Source of the DNA: Escherichia coli
GTDB taxonomy: Bacteria > Pseudomonadota > Gammaproteobacteria > Enterobacterales > Enterobacteriaceae
Strand: one strand, 5' to 3'
Assembly: GCA_009729775.1 (NCBI GenBank)
Contig: GCA_009729775.1_4081.1
Length of the DNA: 64,000 nt
Part shown: positions 52,776 through 60,518 of the stretch, in pieces
Layout: the number at the start of each line of letters is the position of its first letter
Numbering within the stretch: position 1 is the stretch's first letter
Translations under genes and position numbers: made by a program
Notes under the pieces: generated by a model
Databases searched by the model: none
The model's input: the letters and a program-made list of their open reading frames with translations, nothing else
What the model was told of the DNA's origin: nothing

Positions 52776-53567
52776 TTAACCAATAATCATACCGAGTGGT
52801 TCAGCACCATCTTGATAACGTTTCAAACGCTCTTTAAGCTGTTCTTGAAGCTGTAAACCTTCATTGCGTAAGGTATCACCATCCATAGAAAACGTTCCCT
52901 GTGGTCCAGGAAGCGATGCAAATTTAGCACGGTTACGACCCAACATAATCATTGCTTCGGATAAAGCCCAATCACGCAACCAAGGATAACTTTGCTGCCT
53001 TTGGAACAACAATGGTTCAGGAATATTATGATAGACGTGTAATAGTACTTCTTCAGTACCACGAATATCACGATCTATAATTAATTTTTTGGTCATTGGG
53101 TTAAATTGAAATATAATATCACGACCAAACATACGACCTACCAGTTCTTGGAACTGAAAACTAAAATCATATGTAGTTAGATCATATCCACCAGCATTTC
53201 GTGCTGAAGTCAATAAGTAAGTGTTGGTGAATGCTAGAGAGAACGGGTCTACTGAGTTCCCACTACCAGAACTTAAGTAACCATTACCATAACGATAAAT
53301 CTTTTTAACAATTTCAACTTCAGTTGGTAGCATATATACAGATTGTGAATCATAAAATTTCATATTTAAAAATGCTTCTTCTTTAGAAGCAGAACTCCAC
53401 GCTCTGTAATTCGATACCGCATTATCAATTGCAATTTCTAATTGACCATCAGTAATTTCTACCTCAACGGCCCCAGCACCCAACATTTGAGTGATAACAT
53501 CTTTCAGTTTTTCACGATGGTCAAAGTTAGGAGCAGCAGGGTTTCCACCCATATAATCGTAAGACAT
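52776..53567 (-). CDS. neck (head-tail joining) protein, T4 gp13-like
   Basis: N-terminal ...REKLKDVITQMLGAGAVEVEITDGQLEIAIDNAVSNY resembles the T4 gp13 N-terminus as recalled from memory. ORF track starts at ATG 53582; the ATG at 53567 follows GAGGTG by 7 nt. Confidence 0.5.
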   Translation of the reverse strand: MSYDYMGGNPAAPNFDHREKLKDVITQMLGAGAVEVEITDGQLEIAIDNAVSNYRAWSSASKEEAFLNMKFYDSQSVYMLPTEVEIVKKIYRYGNGYLSSGSGNSVDPFSLAFTNTYLLTSARNAGGYDLTTYDFSFQFQELVGRMFGRDIIFQFNPMTKKLIIDRDIRGTEEVLLHVYHNIPEPLLFQRQQSYPWLRDWALSEAMIMLGRNRAKFASLPGPQGTFSMDGDTLRNEGLQLQEQLKERLKRYQDGAEPLGMIIG

Positions 53568-53617
53568 AAAAAAGCACCTCATTAATGTTTATATACATTA
53601 TTTAGAGGTGCTAATAG

Positions 53618-53836
53618 TTATTTTGAATTATACAAGCAGTACAGGTATACCAATGGAGTAAAATGTTCGGAATCTATTATATATATTAACTGAGTAACAT
53701 ATATTCCATATAGATCTCGTGATTTATCTCTGTACATTAACAATGATTTATTTAAGTAAGGATCAACCCAGTACTTAATATCATTGTACTTCAACGTGTT
53801 GTTACGGTAACCTGATAGTTTTGAATTTTTATTCAA
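53618..53836 (-). CDS. hypothetical small protein
   Basis: 72 aa; 8-nt overlap with the upstream gene. Confidence 0.5.
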   Translation of the reverse strand: MNKNSKLSGYRNNTLKYNDIKYWVDPYLNKSLLMYRDKSRDLYGIYVTQLIYIIDSEHFTPLVYLYCLYNSK

Positions 53837-54206
53837 TTTTCTTACAATTACTCAGTAAGTGAATGATATCATCAGCAGTGAATGGTCCCAATACCAGAAC
53901 TTCTTCACCATTACCGAAAATGCTCAATGGCACTGATTGTTGACCAGCTAGATATTCAATTTGTTCCAGTTCGAAAATGTCATCAGCAGCATATACTACC
54001 TGCTCCATTTCATTATCTTTAATCCATGACTGCCAATGTTCTTTAAACTTCTTAGCTTCGTATTCTTGAACATAGTTAGGTGATTCAGGGTTGTATTGAT
54101 GTAACATAGTCATCCCAGCCATTACTAATTCTTTAGGGGATGGTGTAGAATCTTTCAGTACTACGATAGCTTGGATAGTTTTTACTTTAACGTCATTAGC
54201 AGCCAT
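53829..54206 (-). CDS. peptidyl-tRNA hydrolase PTH2-like protein
   Basis: N-terminal VKTIQAIVVLKDSTPSPKELVMAGMTMLHQY and C-terminal EEVLVLGPFTADDIIHLLSN resemble the Pth2 fold signature (VVVR.DL.M..GK.AAQ..HA / TVLA.GP...LID.VTGHLKL). Confidence 0.45.
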   Translation of the reverse strand: MAANDVKVKTIQAIVVLKDSTPSPKELVMAGMTMLHQYNPESPNYVQEYEAKKFKEHWQSWIKDNEMEQVVYAADDIFELEQIEYLAGQQSVPLSIFGNGEEVLVLGPFTADDIIHLLSNCKKIE

Positions 54207-54218
54207 TATATACCTCTA

Positions 54219-54536
54219 TTATAGAATGATTTTATTCTCAGGAACGAAAACTTTTGGAGTGTTTTCGATTGCTTTAATAGCATCAACATAAGCATCAACT
54301 AATGCAGGGTTTGCATCACTAACACTAATAATGTTGGATTTATAAAAAATAACATTTTTCTCCATACTAACAAACTCTAGATAATCACGAAGAATGATTT
54401 CACCATTTTCGTCAGTCCCTAGTTGTGCTGGGTAGTTAACTACAACAGCTTCAGCAGAATCGGTTTGAAGAACTGCTAGTACTGGGCCAATGTTATTGAT
54501 GTTTAGTAGTTTAACGGTCATAGTCATTTTTGTCAA
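54219..54536 (-). CDS. hypothetical protein
   Basis: 105 aa ORF packed between the macrodomain and Pth2-like genes. Confidence 0.6.
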   Translation of the reverse strand: MTKMTMTVKLLNINNIGPVLAVLQTDSAEAVVVNYPAQLGTDENGEIILRDYLEFVSMEKNVIFYKSNIISVSDANPALVDAYVDAIKAIENTPKVFVPENKIIL

Positions 54537-54546
54537 GTCCTTTTGT

Positions 54547-55023
54547 TTATTTTAGAATGTATAAGTGTTTTTCTGCATTGACCAGACGGTGATCAATGAT
54601 TTCTTTGATAACGTTCCAGTTACCGCCGCCCAAATCGGCTCCAATTTTCGGGAAATGTACATGAACATCTCGATCAACTTTACAAAAATAATTTAGATGT
54701 TTGAACACATCGTCAATTGCATCATAACTGACATATTTAGCACCGTCATTACCGTACATTTTTTGGGTAATACAGTTTGCAATAATCAAATTATCGTTAA
54801 TTGCTGAATATGCAATTTGTCCAATTCTAAGAAATCCCATTTCCTTTTCATATGCTTTATAATCATCATATGCCATTGGATAACGATTTCTTAGTTCTTT
54901 TGCAAAACCTGAACCCATTTTACCCTGTGCGTTACAACCATGAGCAATTATATGTAATGCATTTTGATCATCGGTAACAGTACTGAACAATTCAAACAGA
55001 TTACCTCTGTGTTCATGTATCAT
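54547..55023 (-). CDS. macrodomain protein (TARG1/OARD1-like ADP-ribosyl hydrolase)
   Basis: ALHIIAHGCNAQGKMGSGFAKELRNRYP and FPKIGADLGGGNW match the TARG1-type motifs (AHCISEDCRMGAGIA ... PRIGCGLDRLQW). Confidence 0.75.
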   Translation of the reverse strand: MIHEHRGNLFELFSTVTDDQNALHIIAHGCNAQGKMGSGFAKELRNRYPMAYDDYKAYEKEMGFLRIGQIAYSAINDNLIIANCITQKMYGNDGAKYVSYDAIDDVFKHLNYFCKVDRDVHVHFPKIGADLGGGNWNVIKEIIDHRLVNAEKHLYILK

Positions 55024-55033
55024 TATATTCTCC

Positions 55034-55063
55034 GAAAAGAAAGGACTCTTTTACAGAGTCCTT
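55034..55063 (-). terminator. terminator/attenuator hairpin upstream of the macrodomain gene
   Basis: AAGGACTCT-tttac-AGAGTCCTT stem followed on the minus strand by UCUUUUC, then GGAGAA SD and ATG. Confidence 0.45.
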
Positions 55064-55071
55064 ATTTTAAA

Positions 55072-55314
55072 TTATTCTTCTTCACCGAAACGGATTTTCT
55101 TTAATTCTTTTCGATGCTTTCTAGCTATTGTACTTTTGTGAAGTCTATTACTGCGTTTTGTGTCTTTTGTAATGTACCATGAATCTTCTGGTGCATCATA
55201 ATCACAAAATCCATCTTCCGTAATTGTTCCTAAAAATGCAGATTTTTTAGGAATATTAGTTTGAGCTTTAGCCTGAAATTGACCTTTTGCTAATTGTTCA
55301 CGAAAACTGAGCAT
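55072..55314 (-). CDS. hypothetical small basic protein
   Basis: ORF track start is TTG 55329; the ATG at 55314 (MLSFREQ...) follows GGGAGA by 7 nt. Confidence 0.5.
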   Translation of the reverse strand: MLSFREQLAKGQFQAKAQTNIPKKSAFLGTITEDGFCDYDAPEDSWYITKDTKRSNRLHKSTIARKHRKELKKIRFGEEE

Positions 55315-55360
55315 AATAGTATCTCCCAAATTGTTAAGAAGAACTTTTTGTTCTTCACAT

Positions 55361-55603
55361 TTATTTAGGGTTGCCAGAAACCTTCACATATTTGATAAAT
55401 GCCAAAATATCATCTTTACTAAAAGATTTTACAATAAATTCGACAGCCGAATCATACTGTTCTTGTTTAGATAGATATTCTTTCATTTTGTTAATTTTAA
55501 TCTGGGCTTTTTCTTTAGCTATTGAAATATCAGGAATTTTGAACTCTACTCCCAACGTATCAGCTAGTTGTTTTGCACGAGATGATACTTTTTCAATATC
55601 CAT
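55361..55603 (-). CDS. hypothetical small protein
   Basis: ORF track start is TTG 55612; the ATG at 55603 forms a TAATG stop/start overlap with the glutaredoxin gene. Confidence 0.55.
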   Translation of the reverse strand: MDIEKVSSRAKQLADTLGVEFKIPDISIAKEKAQIKINKMKEYLSKQEQYDSAVEFIVKSFSKDDILAFIKYVKVSGNPK

Positions 55604-55851
55604 TAGTTCCAACGACCTTCTTTAAGACCTTCAATAAATCCAGTACAACCACCTGGTACATAAATGTCATTTACGAAAATTTGAGGAACTTGACGAACTG
55701 GTTCACCACAAATTTCAGACAGTTTTGAACCATCGATACCTTCAGCAACAATATCTACAAACTCCATTTCAAATTTATTTTGTTCACATACAGCTTTTGC
55801 AGTGTCGCAAAATTTACAACCAGTCTTGCGACCATAAATTTTAACTTTCAT
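55603..55851 (-). CDS. glutaredoxin (T4 NrdC-like)
   Basis: 82 aa; CxxC active site in IYGRKTGCKFCDTAKAV; resembles T4 NrdC (CVYCDNAK). Confidence 0.75.
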   Translation of the reverse strand: MKVKIYGRKTGCKFCDTAKAVCEQNKFEMEFVDIVAEGIDGSKLSEICGEPVRQVPQIFVNDIYVPGGCTGFIEGLKEGRWN

Positions 55852-55852
55852 G

Positions 55853-56251
55853 TTATTTCCTTCTATTTCTTTGAAAAGCTTTAACAGCTTTAATAATACT
55901 GTTACACATTCGTTCAGTCAAATACTTTTGACATTCTCGTACATCAATGTACATGAACTTATCCAATTCTGGATGACTCTTACCATATCTATTAGTGTAA
56001 GTACTTTTACAAACTAATTCATCTGGTATTGGTTTGTCTTTGGCAGTATAAAAGAAAAGTACTAACCTTTTTCCCTTTCTATAGGATACATCACCAAGAA
56101 ACAGAAGATCATCTTCATCGATTTCGTATCCTGTCTCTTCGAAACATTCACGTACAGCAGCTTCTTTGAAAGTTTCATTACCCTCAGCTTTCCCTTTAGG
56201 TAAATCCCAATGATTCTGTCCGTGTTGTATGTCCGATAAGTATCTGACCAT
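55853..56251 (-). CDS. Nudix hydrolase
   Basis: Nudix box GKAEGNETFKEAAVRECFEETGYEI. ORF track begins with GTG 56254; ATG at 56251. An extended -10 (TGgTATAAT) lies ~12 nt upstream, suggesting a near-leaderless mRNA. Confidence 0.75.
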   Translation of the reverse strand: MVRYLSDIQHGQNHWDLPKGKAEGNETFKEAAVRECFEETGYEIDEDDLLFLGDVSYRKGKRLVLFFYTAKDKPIPDELVCKSTYTNRYGKSHPELDKFMYIDVRECQKYLTERMCNSIIKAVKAFQRNRRK

Positions 56252-56362
56252 CACGATAAAATATTATACCACAACTATAACGCATATCTTATCTCTTTGT
56301 CATCAATCGATGTTCAGATACTAATAATTATATCAGTTATTGGTTTTTTGTCCCACTATTTT

Positions 56363-57475
56363 TTAGAACATTTGTTTGATTGCTTCGTAACGAAGTTCAC
56401 AAACAAAATCACGAATTTCTGACGTTTCAAGTTCACCATCTTTGACCATTTGCTGAATATCAGGCAATTCAACATCAGTATAACGATCATAAACTTTAAT
56501 AATTAGATCTTCAAGTTCTAAATCAATTTCTTTTCGCAAAATGAAGTATTCCAAAACTTTATAAAGGAATTCTTCACCTCCGTTATTTTTAATATTCATA
56601 TCCAATAAAATATTACCCATTTCAATAGGGGTCTTTTTACGGAATGTTTTGATATCATCACGGAAACGTTTGATATAATTACTAAATTTAACATACTTAA
56701 CTGGAACTTTAATAGCACCGTTAAGTACTGAATCATTATTTACTTCTTCATTTTCAAGAAGAATAGACCACAGAAAATATGGTTTATATACATCCGTACA
56801 GTTCTCTGCAATATAATCAATAAGGTCTAAATTCTTTTTGGTCAAAGATGTATTAAACACCTTTTCGTAATAACCAAATTTACTTAGCGTCTTAAGGAAC
56901 TTTGCAGGCTTTTCTTCGGAAAATGCTTTTTCGAATTCCACAAAAACACGGTCAGGAACAAGATGATTTAGTTCACCACTATTGACCATTCCAATAGCGA
57001 GTTCCTCAGTGCTTTCATGGATAGTAAAGTCTGAATAACGAGTAGCAAATCGAGCAAGACGTAACACGCGTAATGGATCTTCTTTAAAATGGTCAGAAAC
57101 ATGACGTAGTATCTTGTTCTTGATATCAGCTTTACCACCGTATGGATCGATGTGAATTTGTAGTACTGGATCATACGCAATTGCATTAATTGTAAGGTCA
57201 CGGCGATACAAATCTTGTTCTAGTGTTACGCCTTTTGTATCCACTTCAAAGCCACCATATCCAGTACCAGTTTTACGCTCAGTACGGGCTAATGCGTGTT
57301 CATTACCTTCTGGACTTAGATATACTGGGAAATCCTTACCTACTTGCTTATAGCCAATACTTTGCAAGTACTTAAGATCAGATTCGGATGCACCAACAAT
57401 GACATAATCTTTGTCTTTTGCACGGATGCCCATTAAACGGTCACGGACGTAACCGCCAACCAAATACTTTTTCAT
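56363..57475 (-). CDS. cca: CCA-adding tRNA nucleotidyltransferase (class II head domain)
   Basis: MKKYLVGGYVRDRLMGIRAKDKDYVIVGAS parallels E. coli Cca MKIYLVGGAVRDALLG...DRDWVVVG; the RRDLTINA motif is present. At 370 aa it is shorter than E. coli Cca, so an HD domain is probably absent. Confidence 0.85.
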   Translation of the reverse strand: MKKYLVGGYVRDRLMGIRAKDKDYVIVGASESDLKYLQSIGYKQVGKDFPVYLSPEGNEHALARTERKTGTGYGGFEVDTKGVTLEQDLYRRDLTINAIAYDPVLQIHIDPYGGKADIKNKILRHVSDHFKEDPLRVLRLARFATRYSDFTIHESTEELAIGMVNSGELNHLVPDRVFVEFEKAFSEEKPAKFLKTLSKFGYYEKVFNTSLTKKNLDLIDYIAENCTDVYKPYFLWSILLENEEVNNDSVLNGAIKVPVKYVKFSNYIKRFRDDIKTFRKKTPIEMGNILLDMNIKNNGGEEFLYKVLEYFILRKEIDLELEDLIIKVYDRYTDVELPDIQQMVKDGELETSEIRDFVCELRYEAIKQMF

Positions 57476-57476
57476 G

Positions 57477-57599
57477 TTATTCCCCCATCAGCCAATCACG
57501 TAGACGTTCCCAGAAGCCTTTTGGTTGGTATTCTGGGTATTCATATTCATCTGTGCCTTGCTCGGAAACACCCCAATCTTCTTCTAACATAGCAATCAT
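57477..57599 (-). CDS. small ORF (40 aa, acidic, Trp-containing) not in ORF track
   Basis: MIAMLEEDWGVSEQGTDEYEYPEYQPKGFWERLRDWLMGE; GGAGG 4 nt upstream; exactly fills the gap between two genes, with TAACATG-type junction to the cca start. Confidence 0.3.
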   Translation of the reverse strand: MIAMLEEDWGVSEQGTDEYEYPEYQPKGFWERLRDWLMGE

Positions 57600-57610
57600 A
57601 ATGCCTCCAA

Positions 57611-58033
57611 TTAAATTAATCTATCACGTAGACGGTCGTAATATTTTTTGTGTATAGCTAGTATACACTGATATGCAGAATAGTCAATACCAAATGTATC
57701 ATCAATGAACATGTACTGATCAAGTGTTTCCGGTCCATTATCATCAACTGGTAATGTCCCTTCTTTTTTTGATAGTGTGTGCCACATCAACTCACTTTCA
57801 ATATGGTGAGTTGCGTATGTCAATTCTATCTTACTTTTTCGTAGTAAAATTAACAATTCATCATTGTCGTCGAGTGCATTACGAAATTTAATACGAACTG
57901 TACCCTGGAAATTATTAGTGTACATAACACGATGATGATTGTATGAAATCAAACCACGTCTTTCAGTACTGATTTCGTGTTCAGCAAAGTACTTTAACGT
58001 TTCATTAAATTTTGGAATTTTAGTAACGTCCAA
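57611..58033 (-). CDS. hypothetical protein, paralogue B
   Basis: C-terminal EGTLPVDDNGPETLDQYMFIDDTFGIDYSAYQ is paralogous to the upstream gene; apparent TTG start behind GAGGA, overlapping the upstream gene by 14 nt. Confidence 0.6.
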   Translation of the reverse strand: MDVTKIPKFNETLKYFAEHEISTERRGLISYNHHRVMYTNNFQGTVRIKFRNALDDNDELLILLRKSKIELTYATHHIESELMWHTLSKKEGTLPVDDNGPETLDQYMFIDDTFGIDYSAYQCILAIHKKYYDRLRDRLI

Positions 58034-58436
58034 TCACATAATCCTCATAAAGTTCGTATACCCTCATTATACTCTGATATGTATCAAAGTCAATACCAAA
58101 GGTATCCTCAATGAACTGATATTGCAAAAACTCTTCCTCTGTAGCAGCAATAGGAAGAGTCCCGTTTCGTTGTTCTGTGGATTGAACATCCTCAATATAC
58201 ATCAACACTATACCTTCATCCAGATTTATATCTATCATAAAAACATCTTCACTATAAAATATGTTATATGTACGGATGAAGAGATTTCCTGTTCTATCAT
58301 AACTTGACACGTGTGTTTCATAATACATTTTATCTAAACTAAAGAACAAACCTGTACTATCTGGCTTTTTAGTATTTTTTAATTTAATTTCGATAGCATC
58401 AATAATAGGTTTAATATCAAATTTTTTCATAGACAA
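58020..58436 (-). CDS. hypothetical protein, paralogue A
   Basis: NGTLPIAATEEEFLQYQFIEDTFGIDFDTYQ; 138 aa. Confidence 0.6.
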   Translation of the reverse strand: MSMKKFDIKPIIDAIEIKLKNTKKPDSTGLFFSLDKMYYETHVSSYDRTGNLFIRTYNIFYSEDVFMIDINLDEGIVLMYIEDVQSTEQRNGTLPIAATEEEFLQYQFIEDTFGIDFDTYQSIMRVYELYEDYVIGRY

Positions 58437-58612
58437 ATCTCATATCGATTAGTGTTTGGATCATAGCAATAATTATCATTAACTTTAACACCAGGTTTAA
58501 GTGTTATTGTTGTTCCTACTTCAGTACTGGATTCCGCATCACAGTAAATCATCACACCAACTCCTGCGAGTAAGGCTACGATACATACAATTACACCAAT
58601 GGTATATTCCAT
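58427..58612 (-). CDS. small single-pass membrane protein
   Basis: 61 aa; N-terminal hydrophobic helix IGVIVCIVALLAGVGVMIY; Cys-rich C-terminus. Confidence 0.5.
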   Translation of the reverse strand: MEYTIGVIVCIVALLAGVGVMIYCDAESSTEVGTTITLKPGVKVNDNYCYDPNTNRYEICL

Positions 58613-58625
58613 TTCAATTCCTCGG

Positions 58626-59021
58626 TTATAAAAAGTAATTATACAGTTTATTGTACAATATAAAAAGGTCTTTCACATTATCATAAGTAATATCAGATAC
58701 ATCATGAATTAATGATAACTGAAAAAATGAAGCTTCGTCTATTTCTGCTGGAATTATAACATCACCATCGTCTTCGTCCATTTTATTAGTGTAGTATTTT
58801 ATGTGATCTACATTCAACTCAATAGAGAACGCAATGTTGGTTTTTGTATAATCTTCAATTAATCCAATATATTGAGATTTTTCATTAATAAAAAATCCAA
58901 TCCCAACACAACGGTTATCTGGATATGGATAGTACCATCTATTAATAACTAGGTGTTCAGGTAAGTCCATATCATGTGTTGATATTATAGATTTTACAAT
59001 TTCCATCCAGGAATAATTCAT
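58626..59021 (-). CDS. hypothetical protein
   Basis: 131 aa; GGAG SD; downstream of the HPF terminator. Confidence 0.6.
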   Translation of the reverse strand: MNYSWMEIVKSIISTHDMDLPEHLVINRWYYPYPDNRCVGIGFFINEKSQYIGLIEDYTKTNIAFSIELNVDHIKYYTNKMDEDDGDVIIPAEIDEASFFQLSLIHDVSDITYDNVKDLFILYNKLYNYFL

Positions 59022-59033
59022 AATTAAAACTCC

Positions 59034-59065
59034 ATAAGAAAAGGGACAGAATTAATCTGTCCCTT
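59034..59065 (-). terminator. terminator hairpin downstream of hpf
   Basis: AAGGGACAG-aattaat-CTGTCCCTT followed by a U-rich tract on the minus strand. Confidence 0.45.
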
Positions 59066-59074
59066 TAGTATATA

Positions 59075-59407
59075 TTACTCTTCGTTTTCTGTCAAATCAT
59101 CAAGAACTGGGTGTTCTGGATGGTTTCGGCGGTGTAATTTAATGCTTTTGTCTTTACTGAATACAGTTTCCATTTTTTCAAATGAATCACCAATTGCTTT
59201 GTATAAATCTGCTGCATCGGCAGTAACTGATTTACTACCTGATGTTAGAGTCACAGAGTATTGAGACTTATGCTCTTTCTTCACATGAACTTCAATATCC
59301 ATTACAGTTGAAGTACGGAACTTTTCAAGACATTTAGCACCATCGTAAATTGCATCTTGAATTGCTGTAGTAAAATCAACATTACCTTGAATATTTAATT
59401 TTAGCAT
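59075..59407 (-). CDS. hpf: ribosome hibernation promoting factor (HPF/RaiA/YfiA family)
   Basis: MLKLNIQGNVDFTTAIQDAIYDGAKCLEKF... aligns with E. coli HPF MQLNITGNNVEITEALREFVTAKFAKLEQYF and the C-terminal LYKAIGDSFEKMETVFSKDK with DMYAAIDGLIDKLARQLTKHK; AAGGTAGG SD. Confidence 0.75.
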   Translation of the reverse strand: MLKLNIQGNVDFTTAIQDAIYDGAKCLEKFRTSTVMDIEVHVKKEHKSQYSVTLTSGSKSVTADAADLYKAIGDSFEKMETVFSKDKSIKLHRRNHPEHPVLDDLTENEE

Positions 59408-59423
59408 AATTTACCTACCTTTT

Positions 59424-60383
59424 TTAGAGTGAACTTAACAACAAATCTGCTCGGTTTGTAACTTGACGATACCATAAGGAATTCATTATTTCTTTTTTAA
59501 ATTTCTTAGGGTTATCATTTTTTACACTGTTCCAAAGTTTATTAAACGAAGCTAACTTATCTACTCCCATTGTATAGCACATTTCAAAAAGAATACGTTG
59601 TTGTTCTTTGGTCAGATTTACTGCTTGTTTTTTCTGCATCAATAATAAAAAGTCATCATATGTTCTTTTCATATCTTGCATTAAAAGTTTGTTGGCTTGA
59701 GCTTTGGTAATACCGTTTCTGTACTTGATAGCATCAGATTCTTTTCTTCCCAAATAATGCCCATAACCGATTGTATAATTACCTTTCATATCCTTGTAAG
59801 GATGAAATTTAGAATTGTGGAAAGGAACTCCGACTTTCCCACCAAGTAAACGGCGTTTGTTCTTGGACTGAAATTCAATTGAACCTTCAGCTTCTTTGAT
59901 GTGATTGACAATTTCTGGATCATTATAATCAAACTGTACAGTCACATCTGGTAACAATACGTTCTTCAAATCCTCTTTTGTTGGGATAAAGATACCCTGA
60001 GAAGTATGAAGAGTAGCATTTAAATTGATATTTTTCAACAAAATAACATACTCTTCAAGTTGTACATTTTTAGGTTTAAACTTTTTAGCAATAGAATAAT
60101 AACTATCACCAGGTTGAACCGTATAATGCTTCTCGCCGCGTGGAACATCCTTTGATATTTCTACCTTTGGTAATTCCTGCTTTTGAATTTGCGTAACTTG
60201 TGGTTTTAAATTGTGTACCTGACTTTCGTCCGATGATGATACACGATCATTTTGAGAAAAACCATAAAATCCAATCGCAGCGACAAGTACTGTGCAAACT
60301 AGAACACCATAAGTAGTCTTAGTTTTCAGTGCTTTTTTCGCTTGTTTCAAAACGCCTCCTTTGTTGATTGTTAAGATGGGCAA
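59424..60383 (-). CDS. membrane-anchored lysozyme: signal-anchor + LysM + GH24 (T4 lysozyme-like) domain
   Basis: GNYTIGYGHYLG and SLWYRQVTNRADLL parallel T4 lysozyme YTIGIGHLL and SRWYNQTPNRAKRV; LysM-like YTVQPGDSYYSIAKKF; N-terminal TM helix YGVLVCTVLVAAIGFYGF. No ATG before residue ~200; candidate starts are the TTG at 60383 or the TTG at 60350, which lies 4 nt after AAAGGAGG. Confidence 0.85.
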   Translation of the reverse strand: MPILTINKGGVLKQAKKALKTKTTYGVLVCTVLVAAIGFYGFSQNDRVSSSDESQVHNLKPQVTQIQKQELPKVEISKDVPRGEKHYTVQPGDSYYSIAKKFKPKNVQLEEYVILLKNINLNATLHTSQGIFIPTKEDLKNVLLPDVTVQFDYNDPEIVNHIKEAEGSIEFQSKNKRRLLGGKVGVPFHNSKFHPYKDMKGNYTIGYGHYLGRKESDAIKYRNGITKAQANKLLMQDMKRTYDDFLLLMQKKQAVNLTKEQQRILFEMCYTMGVDKLASFNKLWNSVKNDNPKKFKKEIMNSLWYRQVTNRADLLLSSL

Positions 60384-60466
60384 TCACAAAGATGGCAAAG
60401 AGGCCATTTGCAAAAGCCTCATCGGACTTTCTACAGTACAAAAACGTTCTTTTCAAATGTTTAAGT

Positions 60467-60494
60467 AGTATAGCATATTTTTATTTTATTACAA
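60467..60494 (-). promoter_or_regulatory. sigma70-like promoter (TTGTAA-N16-TGcTATACT) upstream of the lysozyme gene
   Basis: Minus-strand -35/-10 pair with extended -10 TG; ~115-nt leader containing a GAGGC...GCCTC hairpin. Confidence 0.4.
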
Positions 60495-60518
60495 GACATA
60501 TTTACTGTAAAAACCACA

